Shown: positions 1 through 9,630 of the stretch, piece after piece | How positions within the stretch are numbered: the first letter of the stretch is position 1 | Layout of the letters: each line of letters starts with the position of its first letter | Virus record (IMG/VR): IMGVR_UViG_3300030330_005258 | Span: 1 to 64,000 of that record | DNA: 64,000 bases | Direction: 5' to 3' (one strand) | From: a virus | Lineage: Duplodnaviria > Caudoviricetes | Program-made: the position numbers and the translations under genes | The notes under the pieces: generated by a model | The model's database searches: none | Told to the model about the DNA's origin: nothing | Seen by the model: the letters and a program-made list of their open reading frames with translations, nothing else

Positions 1-723
1 CGCCGCAACCTTCTATCTGACCTTGCGATGTCTACAGGTGCCACGTTTATCACCAGAGAGTCAGGACAGAAGCTACAAACGACTACACTGGACCAGCTTG
101 GCTCAGCCAAGTCAGTCGAGAGCACAAAGGTTGGCACTATTCTTGTCGGCGGCAACTGTGACTATGAAGGCGTAGAGACACGTATCGACAGCCTAAAGGC
201 AGAGATAGCCAACACAGAAGACTTTGCAGAGTGCGAACGCATCCAGGGTCGTATCGTTAGGTTGTCCTCCGGTGTGGCTGTTATCCACGTTGGTGGAGCT
301 ACTCAGGTCGAGATGACAGAAAAGAAGCACCGTATCGAAGATGCCCTTGAGGCTGTGCGTTCTGCACAGGAAGAGGGTGTCATTGGTGGCGGTGGTACCG
401 CACTCTTGCGTGCAAGCAACTCGGTCGCTATCACAACAGACCACGAAGAACAAGCGATTGGTATGACAATAGTTAAGCGCGCCTGCCAAGCACCTTTCCG
501 CCAGATGTGCAGAAACGGAGCAAAGAGTGAAGACCTTTTGCTTGCACATGTTCTTGACCAGCCTGACGATATGGGCTACGATTTCCGCACAGGAACCTTG
601 ACAAACCTATACCAACGTGGTATCTTAGATCCTGTGAGGGTTACCAAGTCTGCGCTGAAGAACGCTGCGTCTTGTGCTGGTACGCTTATCACAACCAACT
701 ATGGGATCATACAGGTATCGTGA
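1..723 (+). CDS. groEL: Chaperonin GroEL, C-terminal part (5' end outside window)
   Basis: Frame is open from base 1 (RRNLLSDLAMSTG). GVAVIHVGGATQVEMTEKKHRIEDAL, EEGVIGGGG and GILDPVRVTKSALKNAAS match GroEL. No GGM tail. Confidence 0.95.
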   Translation, partial: RRNLLSDLAMSTGATFITRESGQKLQTTTLDQLGSAKSVESTKVGTILVGGNCDYEGVETRIDSLKAEIANTEDFAECERIQGRIVRLSSGVAVIHVGGATQVEMTEKKHRIEDALEAVRSAQEEGVIGGGGTALLRASNSVAITTDHEEQAIGMTIVKRACQAPFRQMCRNGAKSEDLLLAHVLDQPDDMGYDFRTGTLTNLYQRGILDPVRVTKSALKNAASCAGTLITTNYGIIQVS

Positions 724-956
724 TGACAAGAGGAGATTTAGTTCACATTCCCCAGGGTGCTTTGCTTTTGAGTAACAAGAGGGCATCTATTCAGGATGGT
801 GAGTTCCTAAAGGTTGAAAAGCCAACTCGTGCGCTTTTTTGGGAGCAAGATCCAAAAGAGCCCAGATGGGCTTCAATTTATTATAAACAAAATGTTTGGG
901 ATATTAGATTGAAAGATGTTTATCCAATTACACAGGAGATGGAAAATGCTAGTTAA
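723..956 (+). CDS. Small GDLV-family (SH3/KOW-like) protein
   Basis: ATG overlaps the groEL stop; MTRGDLVHIP. Confidence 0.65.
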   Translation: MTRGDLVHIPQGALLLSNKRASIQDGEFLKVEKPTRALFWEQDPKEPRWASIYYKQNVWDIRLKDVYPITQEMENAS

Positions 957-1236
957 GTTAACCGAAGTATGTGGAACAGGCGCCGTTACGAGCGGTCGCA
1001 AGTATTCTTTACGAGAAGTGTTCGTCAATCCCGAGCACGTCGTTATGGTGAGAGAAGAACACCAGATTCGTAGTCTAAATGAACAAGGTATGTTAACAGA
1101 GGGGCTTGATAAAAAGCACCGCTTCTCTAAACTCACCATCGACAAGGGAACTACAGGGACAGACATTGTTGTTATAGGCGATCCGACCACAATTGAAACA
1201 ACTCTGAACAAGCGCAGTTACGTGTTGAGGGGATAG
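946..1236 (+). CDS. Hypothetical protein, weakly FlbD/SwrD-like
   Basis: ATG 946 after AGGAG; MLVKLTEV...VFVNPEHVVMVRE pattern. Confidence 0.55.
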   Translation: MLVKLTEVCGTGAVTSGRKYSLREVFVNPEHVVMVREEHQIRSLNEQGMLTEGLDKKHRFSKLTIDKGTTGTDIVVIGDPTTIETTLNKRSYVLRG

Positions 1237-1238
1237 TA

Positions 1239-1610
1239 ATGGGACAACGAGTAAACATTCAGTATTCTGTCGAGCTTGAAGATCTGGAAGGAGAAGTTAA
1301 TAGACTTTTTTCAAATGCCATCGCATATTTGATAGCGTTACCTGATGGCTCTATTAACTTGGGCACCGAAGGTCTTGACAAGGTCGATTCTTTCAGGCAA
1401 AAGTTAGCTAAAGTTGACATTATGCTAGGAGATGTTCAAAACATCATAGAAGGCTATGTTAGGTTCAAGACACAGCCCCCACCCGAACGAGAGACACCCT
1501 TCCAACAAACATCTGACGAATTGGAAGTTGAACAACTAGAACAACAGATAAAAGATTTTAAGGAGTTCATCGTTGCAAACGCCATTAAAGAATCTGAAGA
1601 CGAAGACTAA
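1239..1610 (+). CDS. Hypothetical helical protein
   Basis: ORF packed between neighbours. Confidence 0.7.
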   Translation: MGQRVNIQYSVELEDLEGEVNRLFSNAIAYLIALPDGSINLGTEGLDKVDSFRQKLAKVDIMLGDVQNIIEGYVRFKTQPPPERETPFQQTSDELEVEQLEQQIKDFKEFIVANAIKESEDED

Positions 1611-2304
1611 TTCGGTATCTATATTAAAAGAACTGATACCCAAGGGAACTATCGTAGGGACATATCCATTTTATGATGGTAATGTAGAGTTCCGTTTAGC
1701 GGAATCTGATAGGTTTGTCATTGGCAATACTCAAAGTAGGGCAGTAGCAGAATTTTGGTATTGTGCAGTACAAGACCCCGCAAGGGTTTGTTTAATCGCA
1801 GATAAAATCAGCCCGATGTTAAATGAGGCAACCTTTGATATTTTGAGAAAGCGTTGGTACGCCTATAAAGACCCTTTTGCACGTAGTGCATTGTTTTTTT
1901 TACTGAATCGGTGTTCGTCGCTCGGGATGGTATCTCACGGTGATTTTAGTGTTGAAAATTTTAGCCCAATGGCAACCAGAGATTTGAAAACACTCCAAAC
2001 AAAAAACTTCAGTGTGAGGATTGTTCAAGAATACGAACAAAAAGAGGCAGAAATAAATCTTTTCAGTCCCGGCAAATACCACTTTGACGTTCTAGATATA
2101 GAGGAGCCAAAGGGAATCGAAGAGTCGCAATTTAGACACACAAAAATGCTTAAACAGTTTAGCAAAAAACCAACCATATTTGTTTATGAATATCACCCAC
2201 GCCTTCCAACTATCAAGGGTTATTCAAAAATTCTTATTGATCAATATGGTAGAAAAACAAAAGATGTCTCAACGACAAAGGAAATAATTTTATACAATGT
2301 ATGA
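1573..2304 (+). CDS. Degenerate Dam (D12 adenine methyltransferase)-like protein
   Basis: TTG start after AGGAG. YPFYDGNVEF and ARSALFFLLNR resemble Dam motifs. No DPPY. Confidence 0.55.
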   Translation: MQTPLKNLKTKTNSVSILKELIPKGTIVGTYPFYDGNVEFRLAESDRFVIGNTQSRAVAEFWYCAVQDPARVCLIADKISPMLNEATFDILRKRWYAYKDPFARSALFFLLNRCSSLGMVSHGDFSVENFSPMATRDLKTLQTKNFSVRIVQEYEQKEAEINLFSPGKYHFDVLDIEEPKGIEESQFRHTKMLKQFSKKPTIFVYEYHPRLPTIKGYSKILIDQYGRKTKDVSTTKEIILYNV

Positions 2305-2644
2305 CAAATTAATATTTGCGACAGGGCTTTTTATTCTTGGACAAACGATTACTTGGTTTAGTTCATACTCCCAATTCATATGGGATTGGGCAGCAGAACG
2401 TCCAGCGTTTTTTGGCGTTGTTATGGCAGTACCGGCCGCTCTTTGTTTTATATACGGCATCAGATATGCTTATGATTTTTTTCAAAACGGGTGGGGACCA
2501 AGATTCTATATCTTCTCGCTTTCATTTCTTGTGATGCCCACGCTTTTTTGGTATTTTATGAATGAATCGTTCTTTACATTCAAGAACATCGCATCAACCA
2601 TCCTTGCTTTTGCCATTGTCTATATACAAATGAAGTTTAAGTAA
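2297..2644 (+). CDS. Small multi-pass membrane protein
   Basis: About four hydrophobic segments. Confidence 0.7.
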   Translation: MYDKLIFATGLFILGQTITWFSSYSQFIWDWAAERPAFFGVVMAVPAALCFIYGIRYAYDFFQNGWGPRFYIFSLSFLVMPTLFWYFMNESFFTFKNIASTILAFAIVYIQMKFK

Positions 2645-2666
2645 GTGACGACTATAAAAGATAGAA

Positions 2667-2674
2667 ACTATTTA
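2667..2674 (+). promoter_or_regulatory. ACTANTTA putative late promoter
   Basis: ACTATTTA ending 22 nt before ATG 2696. Confidence 0.5.
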
Positions 2675-2695
2675 TTGGGAAACAGGAGAAAATAG

Positions 2696-5600
2696 ATGTC
2701 TTTTGCGACTGACAAATGGTTTAAGCATTTACGTGAAGAAATACTCACAGAGGGTCTTGGTGACATAGGACTAAGTAGGGATAACGTAAACAGAATTACA
2801 ATGGAAATGTCTGACGCGAGTGAGAAGGCTCGCGTGTGGGTTGGTAATGCCTTGAAAACTTATCGTTTTCGCGGCTATGTGAGTGACCTTAATGTTTCAT
2901 TGGAACGTGCGAGCCGGAATGATTCATATTTCTTGGTTAAAATGATTCAGTTTGCACAAGAGAATGGCGACAGCCTTTCAATCAAAAAAGGTGATAGAAC
3001 TTTTGAAGTCTACAAGGACGTGGTAAGGACTTATCTTACTGAACCGGTGAAACAATGGCCAAAAGTAACGCGCTCGTTTATCAAGCAAAAAAATAAGTTT
3101 CCTGCAACCGAAACTGTGTTTAACCAAGCGACATACCATCTTGAAAGAATTGAGGGGCTTATTTTCCAAGATTTCTTTAACGCCATTGAAAATGTCATAA
3201 TTACTATGAACCAGAACCCCAACAACTACACACTTATCAAGAGCATACCTCCAAGTGATTGGCGTGCCGCAGAAGAAGTTTGTTACGAATATCAGCAAAC
3301 CAGAGAAGACCCGGATCAAATACTACACGTTTTTGAAGACGGATCTTACTGGTATGACTTGCAGACCTCTACTTGTGCAACTGAGGGTGATCGCATGGGA
3401 CATTGTGGTAACGACTCCCGTGGCACGCTATACTCTCTTCGTAAAAGAGACAAGGGCAAAAAAAATTCCAAGTCTTATGTGACCATTGCGTTTAATGAAT
3501 ATGAGAAAACAATATTCCAAATCAAGGGTCGTCAAAATACTTGCCCGCCCGAATCTCTATGGCCACACATCGAAAAGTTTATTGAACTTATGGGCGCTGA
3601 TAAGCTGGAAGAAACTGGCGAATACTCCCAAGAGCCCGAAGACTTTAACAGACTTGGTGATTATCTTTCCAGCGAAACAGGTATCGAGTGGGTCGGCGGA
3701 ATCGAGCAACGATACGAAGATTTCAGAAACGAATGCCAAGAATACCTAATGCAATTTAGGGCAAATGTTGCGGGACCTAGCGAAGTAATGCTGAGTGGCT
3801 TGGAAGTTGAATATACAGACTATGATGACGGGTTTGAGTGGATTGATACTCTGGAATCAATCGTCGTTGAAGTGCCGTTCAAATTGAAAGACAGACACCT
3901 TCACAGGCAAAAGGATGATTTAGGTCTTGCCGCAGAGGAAATACTTGAAGTAATAGAAGAAGAGGATAGAAATGATTTCATTAGTTCTTACAAAGAAAAC
4001 GCGGAAGTATCTTTCATCAGGGCTAATTCAACTGAGGAAGCACTACAAAAATCATATGCTTCTGGTGATCCAGAACAGATGCTTCAGTTAGTAGGCGATG
4101 GCTCAATAACCTACATGATTCTCTCTGATCTTCAAACTCTTTCTAACGATGAGATAATGGCGGATCTTTATAACTCTTCTTCCGATCAATACAGAGATTT
4201 CCTTGATTTGGTTGACGAACTCTACACCGATGTCCGAGATTCCGTAGATGCGATTGAGGACTTGTTTATCAAGAACGGAATTATAGAAGCCCCCTTGGTA
4301 AAGGGCTATAAAGAAACGGTTGCAAAACGATTTAACAATTTCTATATTGCAAACACAACAACAAACGATAGAGATCAGTTTGTTGTTATGGCAAATGGAA
4401 AACTTTTTGACACAACTGTTGATGAAATGGAAACCATAGCAAAGACAGGGCTCGCCCCCGCAAGACAAGCGTTTAATGGTATGCCTCATAGTCTATCACT
4501 TAACAAAAGCCCGGAGGGTTGGTGGAGTAGTCTAAAATTCAGGAAACAAATAGTAGAAGCTCTGGAATCAAAAGAGAGAGAAGCAATCGAATTTGCAAAG
4601 CAACAAATGACATTGGACTATGGCGAACAATACAAAGATAAGATTGATAATTTATGGGGCAAAGTCAAAAAACTCTCGCTTCTAAAGGATATGTTTGCAG
4701 GTTTTCTTGTCAAGGAGAGTAAACCAGACCCCAACACCGCTGGTCGTATCGGAGAGCCAATTCGTATGAGCGAAGATGCCTTCTACTACAAGATTGAAGT
4801 TAATGTTGACGAGAAGACCCTCCCGTTTATTGGACCCTTCTTAGAATACTACGATAACAACTTTGAAATTATAATTGGTGCTTTTGATAAGGTAGTCAAA
4901 GAATACATTTATGGAGCCGCCAAGAGAATGAAGAAGGATGCTGACACAGATGACAACCTGCCTGACCGGTGGGATGCGAACATAACTCGCACAGTAGTCC
5001 AGCAAGAGGCTGTTAATCCGCTTGACGTTAGACTATACGAGATAGACTATGTCATGTCTTATCCTCTTGGACAAGGTTTTGAAATCACAGATATACACAA
5101 CATAGTGCGGGCTATCCCTGATGTGACGACGGTTCGTACCGTGGGCAACGCAAAACGATCTCAAGGCAACCGCTCTGTATCCCTACAGAGACTTAAGTTT
5201 GCATTGAAAGGGCAGAGAAGCCGTATGGATTGGGTGCAGCAAGTCTTGTTACCACAAATTCGTAAGATTGACAGCCGCATTCGTCTGCACAAAGTCGATC
5301 GTGCTGAGTTAATTTCAACGAGTAGAGGACGAGTTAGCGAAAGTTATGGCTACTTTAACTCTACACAAAGACAATCACCCGGCAGAGTAACACCACGACC
5401 CACAATACAAGGCTTGATCGATGATTGGGTGGAGGGCGGCGTGATGTATGATGCGCCCACAAACATCAACTTAACACGTTATAGCGTTATGATGCCGGTG
5501 GAAGATCTAAAGCATCTTTGTGGTCGTGAGGCTCGCAAACATGGACACCATTTTGACGCAGGTTACGAATACTTTATACAAAATGGTCCTCGGGATCCTA

Positions 5601-5725
5601 TTTACTTAGCGATTGGCAAGAACGGGAGAGCAAAAATAACTGGCAATGAAGATGATTTGCGTTATGCTATAAAGGCAGGCGTTGAGGAAGTGCCAGTGTT
5701 TATTTCGTATCAAAGACAAGTATAG
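2696..5725 (+). CDS. 1009-aa multi-module protein: leader, PcfJ-like domain, C-terminal ParB/Srx-like module
   Basis: EGDRMGHCG...LYSLR...YVTI...IFQIKGRQN is PcfJ-like. PIYLAIG...AIKAGVEEVPVFI is ParB-like. N-terminus WFKHLREEILTE. Confidence 0.7.
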   Translation: MSFATDKWFKHLREEILTEGLGDIGLSRDNVNRITMEMSDASEKARVWVGNALKTYRFRGYVSDLNVSLERASRNDSYFLVKMIQFAQENGDSLSIKKGDRTFEVYKDVVRTYLTEPVKQWPKVTRSFIKQKNKFPATETVFNQATYHLERIEGLIFQDFFNAIENVIITMNQNPNNYTLIKSIPPSDWRAAEEVCYEYQQTREDPDQILHVFEDGSYWYDLQTSTCATEGDRMGHCGNDSRGTLYSLRKRDKGKKNSKSYVTIAFNEYEKTIFQIKGRQNTCPPESLWPHIEKFIELMGADKLEETGEYSQEPEDFNRLGDYLSSETGIEWVGGIEQRYEDFRNECQEYLMQFRANVAGPSEVMLSGLEVEYTDYDDGFEWIDTLESIVVEVPFKLKDRHLHRQKDDLGLAAEEILEVIEEEDRNDFISSYKENAEVSFIRANSTEEALQKSYASGDPEQMLQLVGDGSITYMILSDLQTLSNDEIMADLYNSSSDQYRDFLDLVDELYTDVRDSVDAIEDLFIKNGIIEAPLVKGYKETVAKRFNNFYIANTTTNDRDQFVVMANGKLFDTTVDEMETIAKTGLAPARQAFNGMPHSLSLNKSPEGWWSSLKFRKQIVEALESKEREAIEFAKQQMTLDYGEQYKDKIDNLWGKVKKLSLLKDMFAGFLVKESKPDPNTAGRIGEPIRMSEDAFYYKIEVNVDEKTLPFIGPFLEYYDNNFEIIIGAFDKVVKEYIYGAAKRMKKDADTDDNLPDRWDANITRTVVQQEAVNPLDVRLYEIDYVMSYPLGQGFEITDIHNIVRAIPDVTTVRTVGNAKRSQGNRSVSLQRLKFALKGQRSRMDWVQQVLLPQIRKIDSRIRLHKVDRAELISTSRGRVSESYGYFNSTQRQSPGRVTPRPTIQGLIDDWVEGGVMYDAPTNINLTRYSVMMPVEDLKHLCGREARKHGHHFDAGYEYFIQNGPRDPIYLAIGKNGRAKITGNEDDLRYAIKAGVEEVPVFISYQRQV

Positions 5726-5733
5726 GAGACAAT

Positions 5734-6468
5734 ATGAGAAACTTTTTCCAAGGCGTGACATCGGTGGTATTCGGAGTAATCTTTGGGTTGTTTCTTATAA
5801 CTATATTATTTTTACACCCTCAGCCAGAGAACCCACACAGCTATCAAGTTGCTTCAAAACATTACGACATAAGCCAGAAGCAAGCTATCACAAGATCTGT
5901 CAGTTCTGCTGTGCGCGTTGTTTCTATGGACATAACAACTGGTGGTGTTGCCTCTCTTAGCGGAACTTACTTTGAATTTGCGAACAAGTATTATGTTTTA
6001 ACTTCCGCTCATGGCGTATTGGGTGGTTGCGAACTTTTGATGGCGTTTCACTATGATGACCACACCCAATGTCTAAGAATTGTAAAGATTGATCGGGAAG
6101 TGGATTATGTGATTTTTGAGGTTCCCAAGATAGAATCAAGAACTCCCATAAAGGTTCCAAACGCCATCGCAAATTGGAAGAAAAGCTACAATCTCCTTGA
6201 CAAGACTTACTACACAGGTTATCCTAACAGTATAGGTCCAACCACATGGACCGGTAATATCTCTGGCTTCACCGGAGACTACTTAATTATACAAACTTAC
6301 GCTTGGTCTGGTGCTTCCGGTTCTGGTGTATTTGATGAAAGAGGAGAGTTAATCGGATTAATTATGGCATTAGATGTAGGAGCAACAGAATACGGATACC
6401 AAGTTCTCAACAACTTCGTAATTGTAGTTCCAATCTGGCAAGTTGATTTCGGTTCGCTATTGGAGTAA
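5734..6468 (+). CDS. Membrane-anchored trypsin-like serine protease
   Basis: N-terminal TM; VLTSAHG (His), VDY (Asp), GASGSGVFD (Ser). Confidence 0.85.
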   Translation: MRNFFQGVTSVVFGVIFGLFLITILFLHPQPENPHSYQVASKHYDISQKQAITRSVSSAVRVVSMDITTGGVASLSGTYFEFANKYYVLTSAHGVLGGCELLMAFHYDDHTQCLRIVKIDREVDYVIFEVPKIESRTPIKVPNAIANWKKSYNLLDKTYYTGYPNSIGPTTWTGNISGFTGDYLIIQTYAWSGASGSGVFDERGELIGLIMALDVGATEYGYQVLNNFVIVVPIWQVDFGSLLE

Positions 6469-6470
6469 CC

Positions 6471-6701
6471 ATGAGTAAGAAAAAGAAACCTTGCCCTTAC
6501 GAACAGGTAACGGGCAAAATAGATACTATTGACACAAAGTTAGAAAAAACAAAGTGCGAGATAGAAGAACTTATCAGAAGAATGGAAGAGGACCCAGATA
6601 TTTGTCCTGATGTAGAGGATTCTGAAAATGCTCTACAAGAAGCCCTTGATAAGATTTTCATAAATGAATTGTTAAAGCAAAAACCAATAGGAGATGCTTA
6701 A
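6471..6701 (+). CDS. Hypothetical coiled-coil protein
   Basis: GGAG RBS; stop overlaps next ATG. Confidence 0.65.
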   Translation: MSKKKKPCPYEQVTGKIDTIDTKLEKTKCEIEELIRRMEEDPDICPDVEDSENALQEALDKIFINELLKQKPIGDA

Positions 6702-7066
6702 TGTCAGAAGCCGCAGAGGCAGTCAGCACCGAGGTAGAAGACCTCAAGCCCAAGAAGCTGACCAACAAAGCCCCACAGGGCATGACTACGTTCACTGTTT
6801 GCCGCCAGAGCGATGAGACAGGAATCTCAGGCGAGGGGGTTGTCATCGAAGGCTGCGTATTCGCAACTGGACACACTGTCATCCACTGGCTAACACCAGC
6901 ACCAAGAGGAAGTATCGCTTTCTTTGATAATTTTGATGACTTTATCAAGATTCACGTTAGTTCCCATCCCACAAATGGAACAATTATCACCTATGATGAT
7001 GGGCGACAGACTATTTATACTGCGACCGGAGAGGTAAAGAAGAATGAACCGACAGAGGAAACCTGA
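6701..7066 (+). CDS. Hypothetical phage protein
   Basis: Coupled ORF; RQSDETGISGEGVVIEG motif. Confidence 0.7.
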   Translation: MSEAAEAVSTEVEDLKPKKLTNKAPQGMTTFTVCRQSDETGISGEGVVIEGCVFATGHTVIHWLTPAPRGSIAFFDNFDDFIKIHVSSHPTNGTIITYDDGRQTIYTATGEVKKNEPTEET

Positions 7067-7961
7067 TACAAGAAAGCAGCCAGAAACTACTCCATTCAAG
7101 AGTAAGGCACAAAAGGCTTACAAAACACAGCGCCGCAAGAATGACATTTACTCTACAATGAGTGGTCACAAGAACTTGAAGACAGGCGCTCCATATAACC
7201 TAAAGACGAAGCGCGCTGGCACAGACCGGCTGCGCTTTGAAGTGTTGGAAGTTGACCCCGAGGGATTCCCAATCAACGACGAACTGGAGCCCCGCATTTG
7301 GAAGGGCGAAGAGTTGCGTCCGTTTATCAGCAAGAAGTTGATAGAGATCGCAAACGACTTTATCGACGGGCTCCCATTCCCTGTCACAATCCAAGACGTG
7401 CGCTTCACAGGTTCTTTGGCGAACTATAACTGGTCTAAGTATTCTGACATAGACTTGCACATCGTCGTAGATTTTACAGAGCTTGACGAAAACAAGGACT
7501 TGGTTAAGGAAATGTTTGATGCCAAGCGTCTACGTTGGAATGAAAAGCACAACATAACCATCAAGGGCTACGAAGTAGAGCTTTATGTCGAGGATGAAGC
7601 CGAGGAACATTCTTCATCTGGCGTCTATTCAGTTATGAACGAAGAGTGGCTCGACAAACCTGAACGCACAGACACAACTATCGACATAGATACCGCCAAG
7701 AAGAAAGCATCTGACATTGAACAGCAAATAGCCTCTATAAGCGTTATGTTCGACCAAGGGCAGTTCGAAAAAGTTATGCGGCACGTAGACCGCTTGAAAA
7801 AAAAGATACGCACTATGAGGCAGGCAGGACTTGATACAGAGGCTATGGAGTTTAGTCCTGAGAACATAGCGTTCAAACTCCTACGTAGAAACGATCTGCT
7901 TGACACACTAACCAAACTAAAGTATAAAGCCTACGACCAATCCATGACTTTGGATGACTGA
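7044..7961 (+). CDS. Pol-beta-superfamily nucleotidyltransferase
   Basis: FTGSLANYNWSKYSDIDLHIV (GS...DxD) and distal VELYVE. Confidence 0.85.
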   Translation: MNRQRKPDTRKQPETTPFKSKAQKAYKTQRRKNDIYSTMSGHKNLKTGAPYNLKTKRAGTDRLRFEVLEVDPEGFPINDELEPRIWKGEELRPFISKKLIEIANDFIDGLPFPVTIQDVRFTGSLANYNWSKYSDIDLHIVVDFTELDENKDLVKEMFDAKRLRWNEKHNITIKGYEVELYVEDEAEEHSSSGVYSVMNEEWLDKPERTDTTIDIDTAKKKASDIEQQIASISVMFDQGQFEKVMRHVDRLKKKIRTMRQAGLDTEAMEFSPENIAFKLLRRNDLLDTLTKLKYKAYDQSMTLDD

Positions 7962-8191
7962 TGGAATTTTACGACATTACAGAACAAGATAAGCCGCACC
8001 CCGGCGAATACATACTCTATGTGCCATCGCAGGCTATTGTGTTGTGCGGTGCGTATATGGGTGATCGTATAAAGGTTCTGCATAATGGCAGAGTCTTGGA
8101 AGATAAGGTCGAGAACTTTAAGAAGATAAAGATTGGTATGAAAGAAAAGAAGCAGAAGTATTTGTCACGATGTAAAGCGTGTGGTAAATGA
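7961..8191 (+). CDS. Hypothetical protein
   Basis: Coupled ORF; C-terminal CxxC. Confidence 0.65.
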   Translation: MEFYDITEQDKPHPGEYILYVPSQAIVLCGAYMGDRIKVLHNGRVLEDKVENFKKIKIGMKEKKQKYLSRCKACGK

Positions 8192-8451
8192 CCAAGATTT
8201 ATACTTATTGTTTGTTTGACACAGACGACACATTCCACGGCGTCTATTCCTCGCTTGCCGCTGTTTATCGCGATGCGATCCGCCTCGCCAACCGTGGTCA
8301 GAGCAAGGTTATGCTACGCACAGACGACGGATGGGTCGATCCTGACTTGACAAAACTCCGTAACGTGTTATATTCTAAGTGTGACGTGGTGGTCGTGCTG
8401 CAAGGCGGTCGCCACCGAGCCAAGATTCTCAAAACAAAACTCAAGGAGTGA
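8188..8451 (+). CDS. Hypothetical protein
   Basis: Coupled ORF. Confidence 0.65.
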   Translation: MTKIYTYCLFDTDDTFHGVYSSLAAVYRDAIRLANRGQSKVMLRTDDGWVDPDLTKLRNVLYSKCDVVVVLQGGRHRAKILKTKLKE

Positions 8452-8453
8452 CT

Positions 8454-8597
8454 ATGACTGAACGTGACCACAATGCCTTTCTGGCTATGCACGAGCACAT
8501 GGAGTGTGAGAACCCGTTTGACCAAGAAATGGCTTGGAACTGGGATGACTGGGAAGATTGGGAAGACGAGACCAACCCTGAATACTGGGGTGTCTAA
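8454..8597 (+). CDS. 47-aa acidic, Trp-rich protein (not in ORF track)
   Basis: AAGGAG RBS; MTERDHNAFLAMHEHMECENPFDQEMAWNWDDWEDWEDETNPEYWGV; TAA overlaps next ATG. Confidence 0.7.
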   Translation: MTERDHNAFLAMHEHMECENPFDQEMAWNWDDWEDWEDETNPEYWGV

Positions 8598-8851
8598 TGT
8601 ACATGATTTATGGTGTAAACGACTGCCCCCATTGTCTGCGCGCCCAAGCGTTATGTATGGAAAAGGACGTTGACTACGCTTGGGTGATGATGGACTGGTC
8701 AAAGGACTATCGAGAGCACATCAAGAGTGATTGGAAATGGAAGACATACCCAGTCATTACAAGATTGTCTTTTACCGAGCGTACATCATCAGAAGTATTG
8801 GTGGGTGGCTTTGACGAACTACAGTTAGAGTTGCTTTCTCTCGACCAGTAG
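8597..8851 (+). CDS. Glutaredoxin
   Basis: CPHC, TYP, VGGFDEL. Confidence 0.9.
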   Translation: MYMIYGVNDCPHCLRAQALCMEKDVDYAWVMMDWSKDYREHIKSDWKWKTYPVITRLSFTERTSSEVLVGGFDELQLELLSLDQ

Positions 8852-8863
8852 CATACTTACTAT

Positions 8864-9103
8864 GTGGACGACCTCTCCCCCGGCGACCTTGTAAGATGGA
8901 TCATAGATTATAGAGTCTTTGAGGCGCATGATGATGGTGAGGTCTTCCCCGTAGACGCAGTATGGGCATACGGAATAATCATAGAGGTTTCAAGTTACGA
9001 CCCTATGTCAGTCGCGCTGGTGAGACTGGATACAAAAACCCACCAGTTTTTACACATGATACATGACGGTTTCGAGGTCGTCAGCAGAGCCAACGGAGGT
9101 TAA
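8864..9103 (+). CDS. Small GDLV-family protein
   Basis: LSPGDLVRW...GIII...FEVVSRA. Confidence 0.7.
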   Translation: MDDLSPGDLVRWIIDYRVFEAHDDGEVFPVDAVWAYGIIIEVSSYDPMSVALVRLDTKTHQFLHMIHDGFEVVSRANGG

Positions 9104-9574
9104 ATGGCAAAAAAGATTATAGCAGGCTCTCTTGTTAGCACAAAGCGCAAGGTTGAGGGTCTGGGCATTGTTTTGGATAGAGTCCGTGACATGAGTTCTT
9201 ATGCAGAGTTTGATTTGTCGGATGCTTTTATGAAACTATACGACATTAGCCACCCAGAGTATATGTTTGGACCCGGAGACGCATACGTTAGTTATACTTT
9301 GAGGTCTGACTCGATTGAGGCAATTAACGAAACTATCATCAAAAGAAAGCCAGAAGTCGATGAAGCCGCCTTGAAGGCATTTTGGGCACACAATCGTGCT
9401 TACTCAAATGTTGAGGCGCCGAGGAAAAGAAAGAAGCGAGTGTTAACCCCTAAGTTAGATTTCTGTCTCGTTCACTGGACCAAGGCACCATCAGACTATG
9501 ATGATAAGCCCGCCCAGTGGTACATCAGAAGAGGTCCAATCTGGATGGTGACTACATCACTGAAGAACAAATAA
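9104..9574 (+). CDS. Hypothetical protein, possibly expanded GDLV-family
   Basis: GGAGG RBS; AGSLVS...GLGIVL. Confidence 0.65.
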   Translation: MAKKIIAGSLVSTKRKVEGLGIVLDRVRDMSSYAEFDLSDAFMKLYDISHPEYMFGPGDAYVSYTLRSDSIEAINETIIKRKPEVDEAALKAFWAHNRAYSNVEAPRKRKKRVLTPKLDFCLVHWTKAPSDYDDKPAQWYIRRGPIWMVTTSLKNK

Positions 9575-9583
9575 AGTTTTCGC

Positions 9584-9612
9584 TTGACAACCCATGATCG
9601 CCCGGTTATGTT
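9584..9612 (+). promoter_or_regulatory. sigma70-type early promoter
   Basis: TTGACA-17-TATGTT, then AAGGAG. Confidence 0.75.
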
Positions 9613-9630
9613 ACGGGTGAAGGAGACAGA

